Assembly: GCF_000011465.1 (NCBI RefSeq)
Contig: NC_005072.1
Coordinates: 1,080,001-1,112,000 of the forward strand
Reading direction: 5' to 3'
DNA length: 32,000 nt
Origin: Prochlorococcus marinus subsp. pastoris str. CCMP1986
Lineage (GTDB): Bacteria; Cyanobacteriota; Cyanobacteriia; PCC-6307; Cyanobiaceae
Made by a program: the position numbers and the translations under genes. The first letter of the stretch is position 1, and each line of letters opens with the position of its first letter. Positions 1 to 7,774 of this stretch are shown here, piece by piece. Under the pieces are notes generated by a model. It saw only the letters and a program-made list of their open reading frames with translations. It made no database searches and was not told the DNA's origin.

Positions 1-146
1 TTGATAACTACATTACTAATAGCTTCAAAATTACCTTTACCATTTTGTACCTGAGAATCAGAGGTAATAGTGTAATTCAGTTTCTCTTTTGCAAATGAAA
101 TTTCACTTAAAAGAAATAGAACTGCTGCAAGTAGTAAGCGTTTCAT
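1..146 (-). CDS. 5' part of a secreted protein, possibly OstA/LptA-like (continues beyond left edge)
   Basis: ATG at 146..144. Translation MKRLLLAAVLFLLSEISFAKEKLNYTITSDSQVQNGKGNFEAISNVVI has a signal peptide followed by an I-x-SD-x-Q...G-N...NV-x-I pattern like the LptA/OstA N-terminus. Start overlaps the upstream stop (TAATG). Confidence 0.4.
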   Translation of the reverse strand, partial: MKRLLLAAVLFLLSEISFAKEKLNYTITSDSQVQNGKGNFEAISNVVI

Positions 147-400
147 TAGAAGCAATTCCTATAGCCTTCTATTTTAGCTAATTCCTCAATACTTAACCCA
201 GTATCTTTTAAAAGTGTTTCGCCGATATTATCGCCATTTAATTTATTTAAAGCACCTTTTTCTGAGAGTTTTATACACATGTTTTTATATTTAGCTTCTT
301 TGATTACTGGTGATACATACAAACCTAATAAAATTAAAAAGCCTCCAAAAGTTACTACTCTTCTATGATTCTTCCACCATTGATAAAAATTATTAGCCAT
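146..400 (-). CDS. hypothetical membrane-anchored protein (84 aa)
   Basis: ATG-initiated ORF with one N-proximal hydrophobic helix (VVTFGGFLILLGLYV) and a balanced soluble tail. Stop overlaps the start of the next minus-strand ORF. Confidence 0.5.
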   Translation of the reverse strand: MANNFYQWWKNHRRVVTFGGFLILLGLYVSPVIKEAKYKNMCIKLSEKGALNKLNGDNIGETLLKDTGLSIEELAKIEGYRNCF

Positions 401-484
401 TTAAAAAAGAATTTTATTCCTTTAATATAGAGTATTTTTACAATCGTTTAATCAATATTTTTTAAATTCTATAAATTTCAATTT

Positions 485-760
485 TCAAAATTTCCGAAAA
501 CAAGCATCTCCAACTAACAATACTTTCCAATAATCGTTTTTAGCATTTTTAATCCTTAATAAATAATTTGGATTAACTAAGAGAATCGTTTTAATTTGGA
601 TATTACCGTCACTTCCATCTTTTATAATATTAAAAAAACATTTCCTACTATTTCTTGAAATAATTCCAGGCCAAATTGCAATAACACCTAGAGTAAAACC
701 TAAAACAAGAATAGATAATTTTTTTATATTAAAAACTTCAAAAAAAATTTTCCTTCTCAT
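485..760 (-). CDS. hypothetical membrane-anchored protein (91 aa)
   Basis: ORF with an N-terminal TM helix (LSILVLGFTLGVIAIWPGII), same strand as the two ORFs downstream. No recognisable family. Confidence 0.45.
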   Translation of the reverse strand: MRRKIFFEVFNIKKLSILVLGFTLGVIAIWPGIISRNSRKCFFNIIKDGSDGNIQIKTILLVNPNYLLRIKNAKNDYWKVLLVGDACFRKF

Positions 761-868
761 TTCAAAATGTATTTTGTTGAGTTAATTTTTACAATATTTA
801 CGAATAAATATAATTTCTACTCTTATAAATATATAGAATAATACAAATATTAAAATTATAATTAAAAA

Positions 869-1120
869 ATGCTTGACTCAAAAGAATCCGATTCAGCAAA
901 TCCAGAAGATAAAAAACTTCCTACACTAGACTTCGATGGTAAGAAATACGATATAAACTCACTGCCAGACGAAGTTAAAGATCTTCTCAAGGGTTTACAA
1001 ATTGCAGATACACAAATTCGAATGCATAAAGATACTTTAAGACTTTTAGATTTAGGAAAAAATTCACTTGGCGTTCAATTAAAACAAAAATTAAAAAATA
1101 TATCTCCAGTAAAAAACTAA
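869..1120 (+). CDS. hypothetical soluble protein (83 aa)
   Basis: ATG ORF with non-degenerate, charged and helical composition. No family recognised. Confidence 0.5.
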   Translation: MLDSKESDSANPEDKKLPTLDFDGKKYDINSLPDEVKDLLKGLQIADTQIRMHKDTLRLLDLGKNSLGVQLKQKLKNISPVKN

Positions 1121-1206
1121 AAATTAATTAACTGAATCTAGTTAATTTGATAAAAATCCTTTTAAATTATCTTATATTTAAGATATTAAAATATCTTTAA
1201 AATTAA

Positions 1207-1401
1207 ATGATTAATTCTATTAATACTGAACATTTACCTGTTAAAGATTTAATTATTTCTGGTTTAATAATTTTCATAGTATCGACAATAATTGCCAATA
1301 TTTATAATCCATTGTGGGGCTTCACTTATGCTTTTTGTAATGTTTTAACTCTTGTATTCTTGAGTTGGCTTTATCAAGATACATGGAATGATAATCAGTA
1401 A
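1207..1401 (+). CDS. hypothetical small membrane protein (64 aa)
   Basis: ATG ORF with two hydrophobic segments (LIISGLIIFIVSTIIANI and FCNVLTLVFLSWL). Confidence 0.4.
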   Translation: MINSINTEHLPVKDLIISGLIIFIVSTIIANIYNPLWGFTYAFCNVLTLVFLSWLYQDTWNDNQ

Positions 1402-1503
1402 TAATTATTAAATGATAAATTTAGCTTTTAAGAACTTTTTCAGTGATGTCCCAATTCAACATTAGTAAAAAAAACTTTTTAAGATTAAAGAAACTTTAGA
1501 AAA

Positions 1504-1701
1504 TTGAGTAATTCTGATTTTGATAAAAATGGAATAGATAGTACTGGAACACATTGGCTTCAATATGCTGCTTTTGCTTTTTCAGCTTTTGCTATCTTCA
1601 CTACTTGGGCCTTCTTTTTTGATTATAAATTTCATAATTTCATATTAAATATTCTCAGAGTTTTTAATTGCAGTGGCTTCAACTGTAATGGTGTTTACTA
1701 G
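1504..1701 (+). CDS. hypothetical small membrane protein (65 aa, TTG start)
   Basis: ORF depends on a TTG start, with no internal Met. Has one hydrophobic segment (YAAFAFSAFAIFTTWAFFF). Confidence 0.3.
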   Translation: MSNSDFDKNGIDSTGTHWLQYAAFAFSAFAIFTTWAFFFDYKFHNFILNILRVFNCSGFNCNGVY

Positions 1702-1708
1702 AATTTAA

Positions 1709-1888
1709 ATGGCTAATCCAAACCAAAAAACGATATTAATTGAGGAAATATCAAAAGATATCATAAAAATTTGTAAAAAATTCCAAGCTGATTCAGGCTC
1801 ATCAGATTCTGAAGTTAAAACTCTCTTAAAAGAAATAGCTAGGTTATGGGAAATCGAAGAAAAAAATAAATTCGGGTTCAGATTATAA
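1709..1888 (+). CDS. hypothetical protein (59 aa, below ORF-track cutoff)
   Basis: Own translation: MANPNQKTILIEEISKDIIKICKKFQADSGSSDSEVKTLLKEIARLWEIEEKNKFGFRL, stop TAA at 1886-1888. Starts 8 nt after the previous ORF. Confidence 0.4.
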   Translation: MANPNQKTILIEEISKDIIKICKKFQADSGSSDSEVKTLLKEIARLWEIEEKNKFGFRL

Positions 1889-2268
1889 ACTTTTCATACC
1901 AATTTAATTCTCAAATAAATAATTCCATTATTTTTGAAATTTTATATTGGATGCATATTTAATTTTTACTAGATAAGAAGCTAATAAAGATAGCACTAAA
2001 AAAAATAACAAACTTTCCAAAGTAGATTGAGGCATAATCATAATTAAGTAAAGAAGATAGCTATATATCTATGAAAACGAAATTTTATAAAAAATCAAAC
2101 AGAAACAATTTTTTTGACTAAAATTTAACACTTAATTATCTTTTTATTTGAGTAATTTTTATTGACAGTAAATTACTTTAAAGGCATATAGATGAAATTC
2201 AATATAAAATATAGTTATTGTTCATTTCCAGTCAAATACAACCTAATCAAGAATAAAGTACAAAATTA

Positions 2269-3972
2269 ATGTCACGAAAATCTGAATTATTAAAAGGCGA
2301 AGAAACTAAAAACTTTTCTGAGTTTTCACAATTAGCAGATTTTTCTTTAATGAATTCTCTCAACGCTGATCCTCATTCGACAAAAGATGGGAATGATCAC
2401 AGGGCTAGGTCAGTTAATTCAGGTCATTATGTTCCCGTTACTCCAACACCAATTCCCGAACCAATATATGTTTCGCACAGCAAAACATTATTTAAAGAAT
2501 TGGGATTAAGTTCTGACCTTACAAAAGATAAAAATTTTTGTCGTTTTTTTTCAGGTGATATCGAAGTCGCAGAGTATCCAATGAGACCCTTTGGCTGGGC
2601 GACGGGATATGCATTGTCTATTTATGGAACTGAATATACACAACAATGTCCTTTTGGGACAGGTAACGGCTATGGAGATGGTCGAGCAATTTCTGTTTTT
2701 GAAGGTTTATTCAATGGGAAAAGAATGGAGATGCAACTTAAAGGTGGAGGCCCCACACCTTATTGTCGTGGAGCAGATGGCCGAGCGGTACTACGATCAA
2801 GTGTTCGTGAATTTCTTGCACAGGAGTTAATGCATGCATTAGGAATTCCTACTTCAAGATCTTTAACTCTTTATGTCTCAGGGACAGAAATAGTTAGAAG
2901 GCCTTGGTATACAGAAGGTTCTAGATATTTTGAACCTGATATTATGGTTGATAATCATGCCGCAATTACTACACGTGTCGCGCCTTCATTTTTGCGTGTA
3001 GGTCAGCTCGAACTCTTTGCTCGCAGAGTTCGAAGTAATTCACATGATGACGCTTTCAATGAGCTTAAAATTATTGTCCAACATCTTATAGATAGGAACT
3101 ATAGAGATGAAATTGATCCAAGTTATTCATTTAATGAGAAGGTGATTAGGTTGGCTAATTTATATCGAGGAAGGCTAATATCACTTGTAACTAACTGGAT
3201 GCGAGTCGGTTACTGCCAAGGTAATTTTAATAGCGATAATTGTGCTGCTGGAGGTTTTACCCTTGACTACGGTCCTTTTGGTTTTTGTGAATTATTTGAT
3301 CCAAGATTTCAGCCTTGGACTGGAGGTGGAGAGCATTTTTCATTTTTCAATCAGCCTTTTGCTGCCGAAATCAATTTTAAGATGTTTTGTTCATCTCTTC
3401 TACCATTACTCTTAGAAAATAAAGAAGACATAGAAAAATTAGAGAAAATTAAAAATGATTTTTCTAAATTTATGAGCAAAGAAATGCAATTAATGTGGGC
3501 AAAAAAGCTTGGTCTTGAAAAATACGACGAAACTCTTACCAACGAGCTTTTCAATCTTATGGTTAACTCTAAGGTTGATTTCAGTATTTTCTTTAGAAAG
3601 CTTTCTCATATTCCTGACAATATATCTTTTTTAAAAGATAGTTTTTATTTACCTTCTAGCGAAGAACTTGATAAGGAATGGTTTATTTGGTTAAAGAAAT
3701 GGCAAGATTGTATTAACAAACAAGGTGATTTAAAAGAAATCTCCAAATCAATGAAACAAGTAAATCCTAAGTTCACTTGGCGTGAATGGATGATAGTGCC
3801 TGCTTATCAAGAAGCTGAAGAGGGTAATTACAACAAAATAAAAGAATTACAAACTATCTTCAAAAATCCTTATGAAGAAGAGTCTTTGGAGATAGAACAA
3901 AAATATAATCGACTTAGGCCAAGAGAATTCTTTAATAAAGGAGGAGTTTCGCATTACAGTTGTTCCTCTTAA
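2269..3972 (+). CDS. selO: protein adenylyltransferase SelO / YdiU (UPF0061) family
   Basis: 567-aa ORF with family-typical blocks (GDGRA..., [48 protein letters not shown]) and a C-terminal ...SCSS. Confidence 0.9.
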   Translation: MSRKSELLKGEETKNFSEFSQLADFSLMNSLNADPHSTKDGNDHRARSVNSGHYVPVTPTPIPEPIYVSHSKTLFKELGLSSDLTKDKNFCRFFSGDIEVAEYPMRPFGWATGYALSIYGTEYTQQCPFGTGNGYGDGRAISVFEGLFNGKRMEMQLKGGGPTPYCRGADGRAVLRSSVREFLAQELMHALGIPTSRSLTLYVSGTEIVRRPWYTEGSRYFEPDIMVDNHAAITTRVAPSFLRVGQLELFARRVRSNSHDDAFNELKIIVQHLIDRNYRDEIDPSYSFNEKVIRLANLYRGRLISLVTNWMRVGYCQGNFNSDNCAAGGFTLDYGPFGFCELFDPRFQPWTGGGEHFSFFNQPFAAEINFKMFCSSLLPLLLENKEDIEKLEKIKNDFSKFMSKEMQLMWAKKLGLEKYDETLTNELFNLMVNSKVDFSIFFRKLSHIPDNISFLKDSFYLPSSEELDKEWFIWLKKWQDCINKQGDLKEISKSMKQVNPKFTWREWMIVPAYQEAEEGNYNKIKELQTIFKNPYEEESLEIEQKYNRLRPREFFNKGGVSHYSCSS

Positions 3973-4026
3973 GAAGAAATTAATTCAGTTATAAACAAAG
4001 TTGATAAATAATTTAATTGAAGACTT

Positions 4027-4449
4027 TTATTTGTTAATAGTTGTTGGCACTCCCACTACTGAAATAACATCGACATGAAGAATGGCAGGTTTTTTTCCAA
4101 TACTTTTTACATAATGTTCTCCTCCTTTATTACTCTCAACGAAAACATCTCCTGCTCTAAAAGTATTTATAACTCTACCTCTGACATGTTTTAACTTACC
4201 TCGCGTAACATGAATCAACATTGGGGAAGGATGCTTATGGATAGGAGTCTTTAAACCTACAGGTATTTTCACTCTCAACAGCCTTAATTCAGGTTCTCCT
4301 TCTAGATAATTAAAACTTTCTCCACTTAACCCTTTAGAAGTTTGAATTAATGGGACAACTTCAATTTTTTCTTCAGCTAAGGCATATTTTGGAGATATTA
4401 AAGCTATTAATAGCACCATAAAGGAGAAAAAATATTTTTTGATTTTCAT
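4027..4449 (-). CDS. secreted cupin-domain protein
   Basis: Signal peptide MKIKKYFFSFMVLLIALISPKYALA, then cupin motifs (TPIHKHPSP...HVTRGKL and GDVFVE...HYV). Confidence 0.8.
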   Translation of the reverse strand: MKIKKYFFSFMVLLIALISPKYALAEEKIEVVPLIQTSKGLSGESFNYLEGEPELRLLRVKIPVGLKTPIHKHPSPMLIHVTRGKLKHVRGRVINTFRAGDVFVESNKGGEHYVKSIGKKPAILHVDVISVVGVPTTINK

Positions 4450-4504
4450 ATGATTTAAATACTATTTTTATTATATAAATATTGATATTAACTACATCTA
4501 GCTT

Positions 4505-4666
4505 TTACTTTTTATATAGTTTTTCTAACTGCTTAATTTCTTCCCTTAATTCTCTTCCTCTATCATTTAATTTATTATTTTTTTTAATTATTGGAACTAT
4601 CCACCAAACTTGTAGACCAACAAAGACCAAAATTAAAAGAATTAAATCAGGAGTTCCAGGCGACAT
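4505..4666 (-). CDS. hypothetical single-TM protein (53 aa, not in ORF track)
   Basis: Own translation: MSPGTPDLILLILVFVGLQVWWIVPIIKKNNKLNDRGRELREEIKQLEKLYKK. Clean TM helix plus charged tail, same strand as flanking genes. More protein-like than the overlapping + strand ORF 4482..4685. Confidence 0.4.
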   Translation of the reverse strand: MSPGTPDLILLILVFVGLQVWWIVPIIKKNNKLNDRGRELREEIKQLEKLYKK

Positions 4667-4748
4667 TAAGATCGATTTTGGTTAACTTTTTTAATTGATA
4701 ATAACAATACTTTATTAATTTTAACTATCAAGAATAAACTTGATAATT

Positions 4749-4931
4749 TTATGCCGCTTCTAAATCAATGCGAAGTTCCCTTCCCTTATAGATTATTGCC
4801 TCTTTGAAATTAAGTAGTTTTCTTATTCGTTCCTGCCTTACCTTATCTGTAATGTAAACATCCTCAAGAACCTCTTGTATTGCTAAAGTAACTTTCTGAA
4901 GTTGAAACTCTAAATCTTCTCTATAGTTCAT
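4749..4931 (-). CDS. hypothetical helical protein (60 aa)
   Basis: ATG ORF with balanced charged composition. No family recognised. Confidence 0.45.
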   Translation of the reverse strand: MNYREDLEFQLQKVTLAIQEVLEDVYITDKVRQERIRKLLNFKEAIIYKGRELRIDLEAA

Positions 4932-5061
4932 TGATTAATGTAATTATTTACTAATTAAAGTTGAAATTTTTAATTAGTAAATGAGTACTTTAACCAATAA
5001 AACTCTTGACACCAAGCTAAACAAAACATAAAACTAATAGTATAAATGTACCATTAAATTA

Positions 5062-5352
5062 ATGACGCATAGAGAGGCTAATGTTTGGTCTAATTTTTCG
5101 TATGGCAGTCGTACTGATACCCCCAACGGTTGTCTTCTTAATCCCGAGGGGAGCAGATTAATTTTCTTTGAAAGATGCAAAAAATCACCGCAGAACAATA
5201 TCAAAATCTTTACGCATACATTTTATACCAATCATCTAGGAGAGCCGGCAGGGTTTAAATCTACTAGCAAAATCGTGGTAGAAGAGGCCTGGAAAGAATG
5301 GAATGATCTACAAAAACATGGTTGGACAGAAGTATCACACAATTTTGGTTAG
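5062..5352 (+). CDS. hypothetical protein (96 aa), possibly a picocyanobacteria-restricted family
   Basis: ATG ORF with a non-degenerate sequence. The C-terminal EEAWKEWNDLQKHGW loosely recalls small marine picocyanobacterial DUF families (unverified). Confidence 0.55.
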   Translation: MTHREANVWSNFSYGSRTDTPNGCLLNPEGSRLIFFERCKKSPQNNIKIFTHTFYTNHLGEPAGFKSTSKIVVEEAWKEWNDLQKHGWTEVSHNFG

Positions 5353-5624
5353 CAAGGATAAATCTAAAAAATAGACAACCTAATATTTTTAGAAGAAAAT
5401 TAATTACCTTAAACCGTCTGGATCACATCAAAACAAAAGCTTTAAAGAGAAAAATTAATGTATTAGCGCAAAAAGTATTCAAAACATATCTCAATAATTT
5501 AATTAGCATCAAACGAAAAGTCGCAATAAGACCTTACTTCATACCAATACTGTCTCATTTCTGACACAGTAATTGAGTAATTCACCCATCCCCTTCTTCG
5601 GACTTTACATTATTTAATACTTGT

Positions 5625-5642
5625 GTTACATTAATTAACAAT
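5625..5642 (+). promoter_or_regulatory. HLR1-like element (putative RpaB site) upstream of hli
   Basis: GTTACATT-AA-TTAACAAT matches 15 of 16 positions of the HLR1 consensus (two (G/T)TTACA(T/A)(T/A) repeats spaced by 2 nt). It lies 14 nt before the hli ATG. A third perfect half-site TTTACATT is at 5604-5611. Confidence 0.45.
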
Positions 5643-5655
5643 TATAAAAACATTA

Positions 5656-5862
5656 ATGGCTAACTCTCAAGTAACAACAGAATCAGGCGGAAGACAGAAT
5701 ATGTTTCCATCAGAAACTCGTCCTTACATAGATGAGTCAGTTTCTTATGACAGTTACCCTAAAAATGCAGAAAAAGTCAACGGTCGTTGGGCGATGATTG
5801 GCTTCGTAGCATTATTAGGCGCATATGTAACAACAGGTCAAATTATTCCTGGAATTTTCTAA
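5656..5862 (+). CDS. hli: high-light-inducible protein (HLIP, one-helix CAB-like)
   Basis: Chlorophyll-binding motif AEKVNGRWAMIGF (E-x-x-N-G-R-x-A-M-x-G-F), a single TM helix and C-terminal TGQIIPGIF. Confidence 0.9.
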   Translation: MANSQVTTESGGRQNMFPSETRPYIDESVSYDSYPKNAEKVNGRWAMIGFVALLGAYVTTGQIIPGIF

Positions 5863-6021
5863 AATGGAACCAATTTCTCCTGAACTTTATAAAAAACTTC
5901 TTAAAGCATATAAGTACAGCAGGTGAAATAATTTTCTAGTAATCTCTATGGCGGTATCAATTACCTTTTATAGCAATACGCAATTACAAGACTTAAAATT
6001 TTAATTAAATTATCAATTATA

Positions 6022-6058
6022 AAATGCTAGTTTCTCTTCTAGAAGACAACTAGCATTT
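6022..6058 (+). terminator. 37-nt near-perfect inverted repeat / hairpin downstream of hli (possible terminator)
   Basis: AAATGCTAGTT (6022-6032) pairs perfectly with AACTAGCATTT (6048-6058). An inner palindrome TCTTCTAGAAGA is at 6035-6046. No clean T-run follows, so the terminator role is uncertain. Confidence 0.35.
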
Positions 6059-6085
6059 ACTTTATAATTTCATTGAAAACTTTTT

Positions 6086-6125
6086 AATAAAAAAAGAGTT
6101 CGATTTTTAGCTGAAAACGAACTCT
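6086..6125 (-). terminator. rho-independent terminator of the minus-strand small-ORF cassette
   Basis: On the minus strand AGAGTTCG (6125-6118) pairs with CGAACTCT (6102-6095), followed by TTTTTTTATTA. It sits about 95 nt downstream of the ORF ending at 6220. Confidence 0.55.
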
Positions 6126-6219
6126 CATTACCTAATTCTCACAAGAATAATTTCAAGTAAGCTTTTATAGCTTAATTTATTTTAATTAAGTGTAAATCCG
6201 TAGATATGCCGATTTAATT

Positions 6220-6435
6220 CTATCTTTTTAATCCACCTCTCTTAATCCAAAGAAACCAAGTTATCCAAATTGGAGGAAGAAACTTTATTAGAGAACCAAT
6301 CTTATAAATATAAAAAGGAACATTATCACCGATAAATAAATTTACGACTGCTGAAGATAATGATACCCAAATCACAATAATTAAAATATTTGCTCCCAAT
6401 AAAGCGAATTTGTTTTGCTTAAATATTTTTGGCAT
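6220..6435 (-). CDS. hypothetical two-TM membrane protein (71 aa)
   Basis: ATG ORF with two hydrophobic helices and a Trp-rich basic C-terminus (PPIWITWFLWIKRGGLKR). Confidence 0.45.
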   Translation of the reverse strand: MPKIFKQNKFALLGANILIIVIWVSLSSAVVNLFIGDNVPFYIYKIGSLIKFLPPIWITWFLWIKRGGLKR

Positions 6436-6492
6436 ACAAAAAAAGATATGATTCTAATTTTAAATCAACTAAGAATATAAATGAATTATTTT

Positions 6493-6744
6493 TCAAAAAA
6501 ACTTCAAATTTAAAATCCATAACCAAATAAACAAAATACTAAATTTTATCCCACCTCCTAATAGAATTCCAAAAATATAAGGTGGTAAAAATAATATTAT
6601 TAAAATCGAAAGTAAACTAAAAAGAGCAAAAGAGCATCTAAGAATAATATTCTTTCTTCTTTTTCTTCTTAATTGTTTTATGAAATTCCACTCCCATTCC
6701 ATTAACCTGTAAAATTTTTCAGATAATAAAAATAAATATTTCAT
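6493..6744 (-). CDS. hypothetical two-TM membrane protein (83 aa)
   Basis: ATG ORF with a basic patch QLRRKRRKN followed by two hydrophobic helices. Starts 2 nt after the stop of the upstream ORF. Confidence 0.45.
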   Translation of the reverse strand: MKYLFLLSEKFYRLMEWEWNFIKQLRRKRRKNIILRCSFALFSLLSILIILFLPPYIFGILLGGGIKFSILFIWLWILNLKFF

Positions 6745-6746
6745 AC

Positions 6747-6932
6747 CTACTTATTTTTAATAATATTAGACTCCTTAAATACAATTTTCCTAGCAAGTCT
6801 ATTCAAGCCAGACCATGTTGAATATTTTTTCTGAGCTGCTTTTATAATTCCCTGCTTCCCTTTTGATGTTAATTTATATCTTTTTAATAATTTACCTAGG
6901 GCTATTGAATTTATAGAAATACAAGTATTCAC
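6747..6932 (-). CDS. hypothetical very basic small protein (61 aa, GTG start)
   Basis: GTG start preceded by GAGGA 8 nt upstream. About 15 Lys/Arg versus 1 acidic residue and no TM segment. Confidence 0.4.
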   Translation of the reverse strand: MNTCISINSIALGKLLKRYKLTSKGKQGIIKAAQKKYSTWSGLNRLARKIVFKESNIIKNK

Positions 6933-6977
6933 TAATTATTCCTCAGTTTAAAATGTATGTATATTTAATTTCTAATC

Positions 6978-7277
6978 TTAGCAATAAACTTTATTACCTT
7001 CTTTAGTAAGATAATAAATTTTTCCTTGCTCATTGATAAAAAAAGTTAGCCCTTTGTATTGAGATCTCCCAAATCTTTTGAGTCTATTTTTATGTAAATC
7101 CCAATTTATAGTATTAATATCTGGATTTAATTCCTCTTTTAGATTGTCTGGCTGATATAAAAAACTTTTGGATAACTTTTTCTTATAAGAACGATTTTTT
7201 TGATTAAAAATAAATGCAAAAACTAAAAGCAATAAAATCAAAAAAACTAAACTAGCAATAAATAATTTAAACACCAA
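6978..7277 (-). CDS. hypothetical N-terminally anchored protein (99 aa, TTG/GTG start)
   Basis: N-terminal TM helix FKLFIASLVFLILLLLVFAFIF, then a basic soluble domain ending ...FFINEQGKIYYLTKEGNKVYC. No ATG is available. Confidence 0.4.
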   Translation of the reverse strand: MVFKLFIASLVFLILLLLVFAFIFNQKNRSYKKKLSKSFLYQPDNLKEELNPDINTINWDLHKNRLKRFGRSQYKGLTFFINEQGKIYYLTKEGNKVYC

Positions 7278-7628
7278 ATAAAAACCAAAAATCAGTTCAG
7301 GTATTAATCCAAACTATATCAATAGGACCCAAATGCATTTACATGCTATATGTAGCATTTGATCAACTAATAAATTAAACTTTCCAATACATTTTAAATA
7401 GTCAATATAAAAATGTAATAAAGCCTCCAAAAGAGCAATTAAAAAATGATGATGGAGTAAGAATGTTGCTGAGAGTTATATACGAATCAATTACCGATTA
7501 ATTTTCATAATTAAAATGTTTGCATATCTTTTTATTGAGTAAAAAATCCTATTTTTATATTCTTGTATTTTTGAATACTCTTAAAGGTCCCAACTAAATC
7601 AGATTATGAGATTAGTTGCATTTTTAAC

Positions 7629-7772
7629 ATGACTCAAAATTCCATGAATACTCCTTATGCAAAAAGAGTAGCTGAAAAATTTATAGAGGCTCAAAACTAC
7701 TTAAAAACCAACGGCTTTAGTAGGTCAACTAAACATTTACTAGAAGATATTGAAAATTCTGCTGAAAAATAA
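7629..7772 (+). CDS. hypothetical small soluble protein (47 aa, not in ORF track)
   Basis: Own translation: MTQNSMNTPYAKRVAEKFIEAQNYLKTNGFSRSTKHLLEDIENSAEK. The next ORF follows after 2 nt. Confidence 0.35.
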   Translation: MTQNSMNTPYAKRVAEKFIEAQNYLKTNGFSRSTKHLLEDIENSAEK

Positions 7773-7774
7773 TA

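Noticed and set aside
1150-1200. Overlapping AT-only hairpins (ATCTTA-TATT-TAAGAT and AAGATAT-TAAA-ATATCTT) after ORF 869..1120
   Set aside because: The stems are 6-7 bp of pure A/T with very low predicted stability. Such structures are common by chance at this base composition.
2591-3554. ORFs 2591..2830 (+) and 3351..3554 (-) inside selO
   Set aside because: They lie in an alternative frame of, or antisense to, a well-supported 567-aa conserved gene. Their composition is typical of shadow ORFs.
5322-5564. 80-aa + strand ORF with TTG start
   Set aside because: It overlaps the preceding ORF by 31 nt. It is an extremely basic Lys/Arg/Asn/Ile-rich sequence of the kind AT-rich non-coding DNA produces, and it has no TM or domain-like features. 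The region is treated as non-coding.
6220-6744. Possible paralogy of the 71-aa and 83-aa membrane ORFs (shared FLPP and LWI strings)
   Set aside because: The similarity is limited to a few residues in hydrophobic segments, which is not enough to claim a duplication without an alignment statistic.
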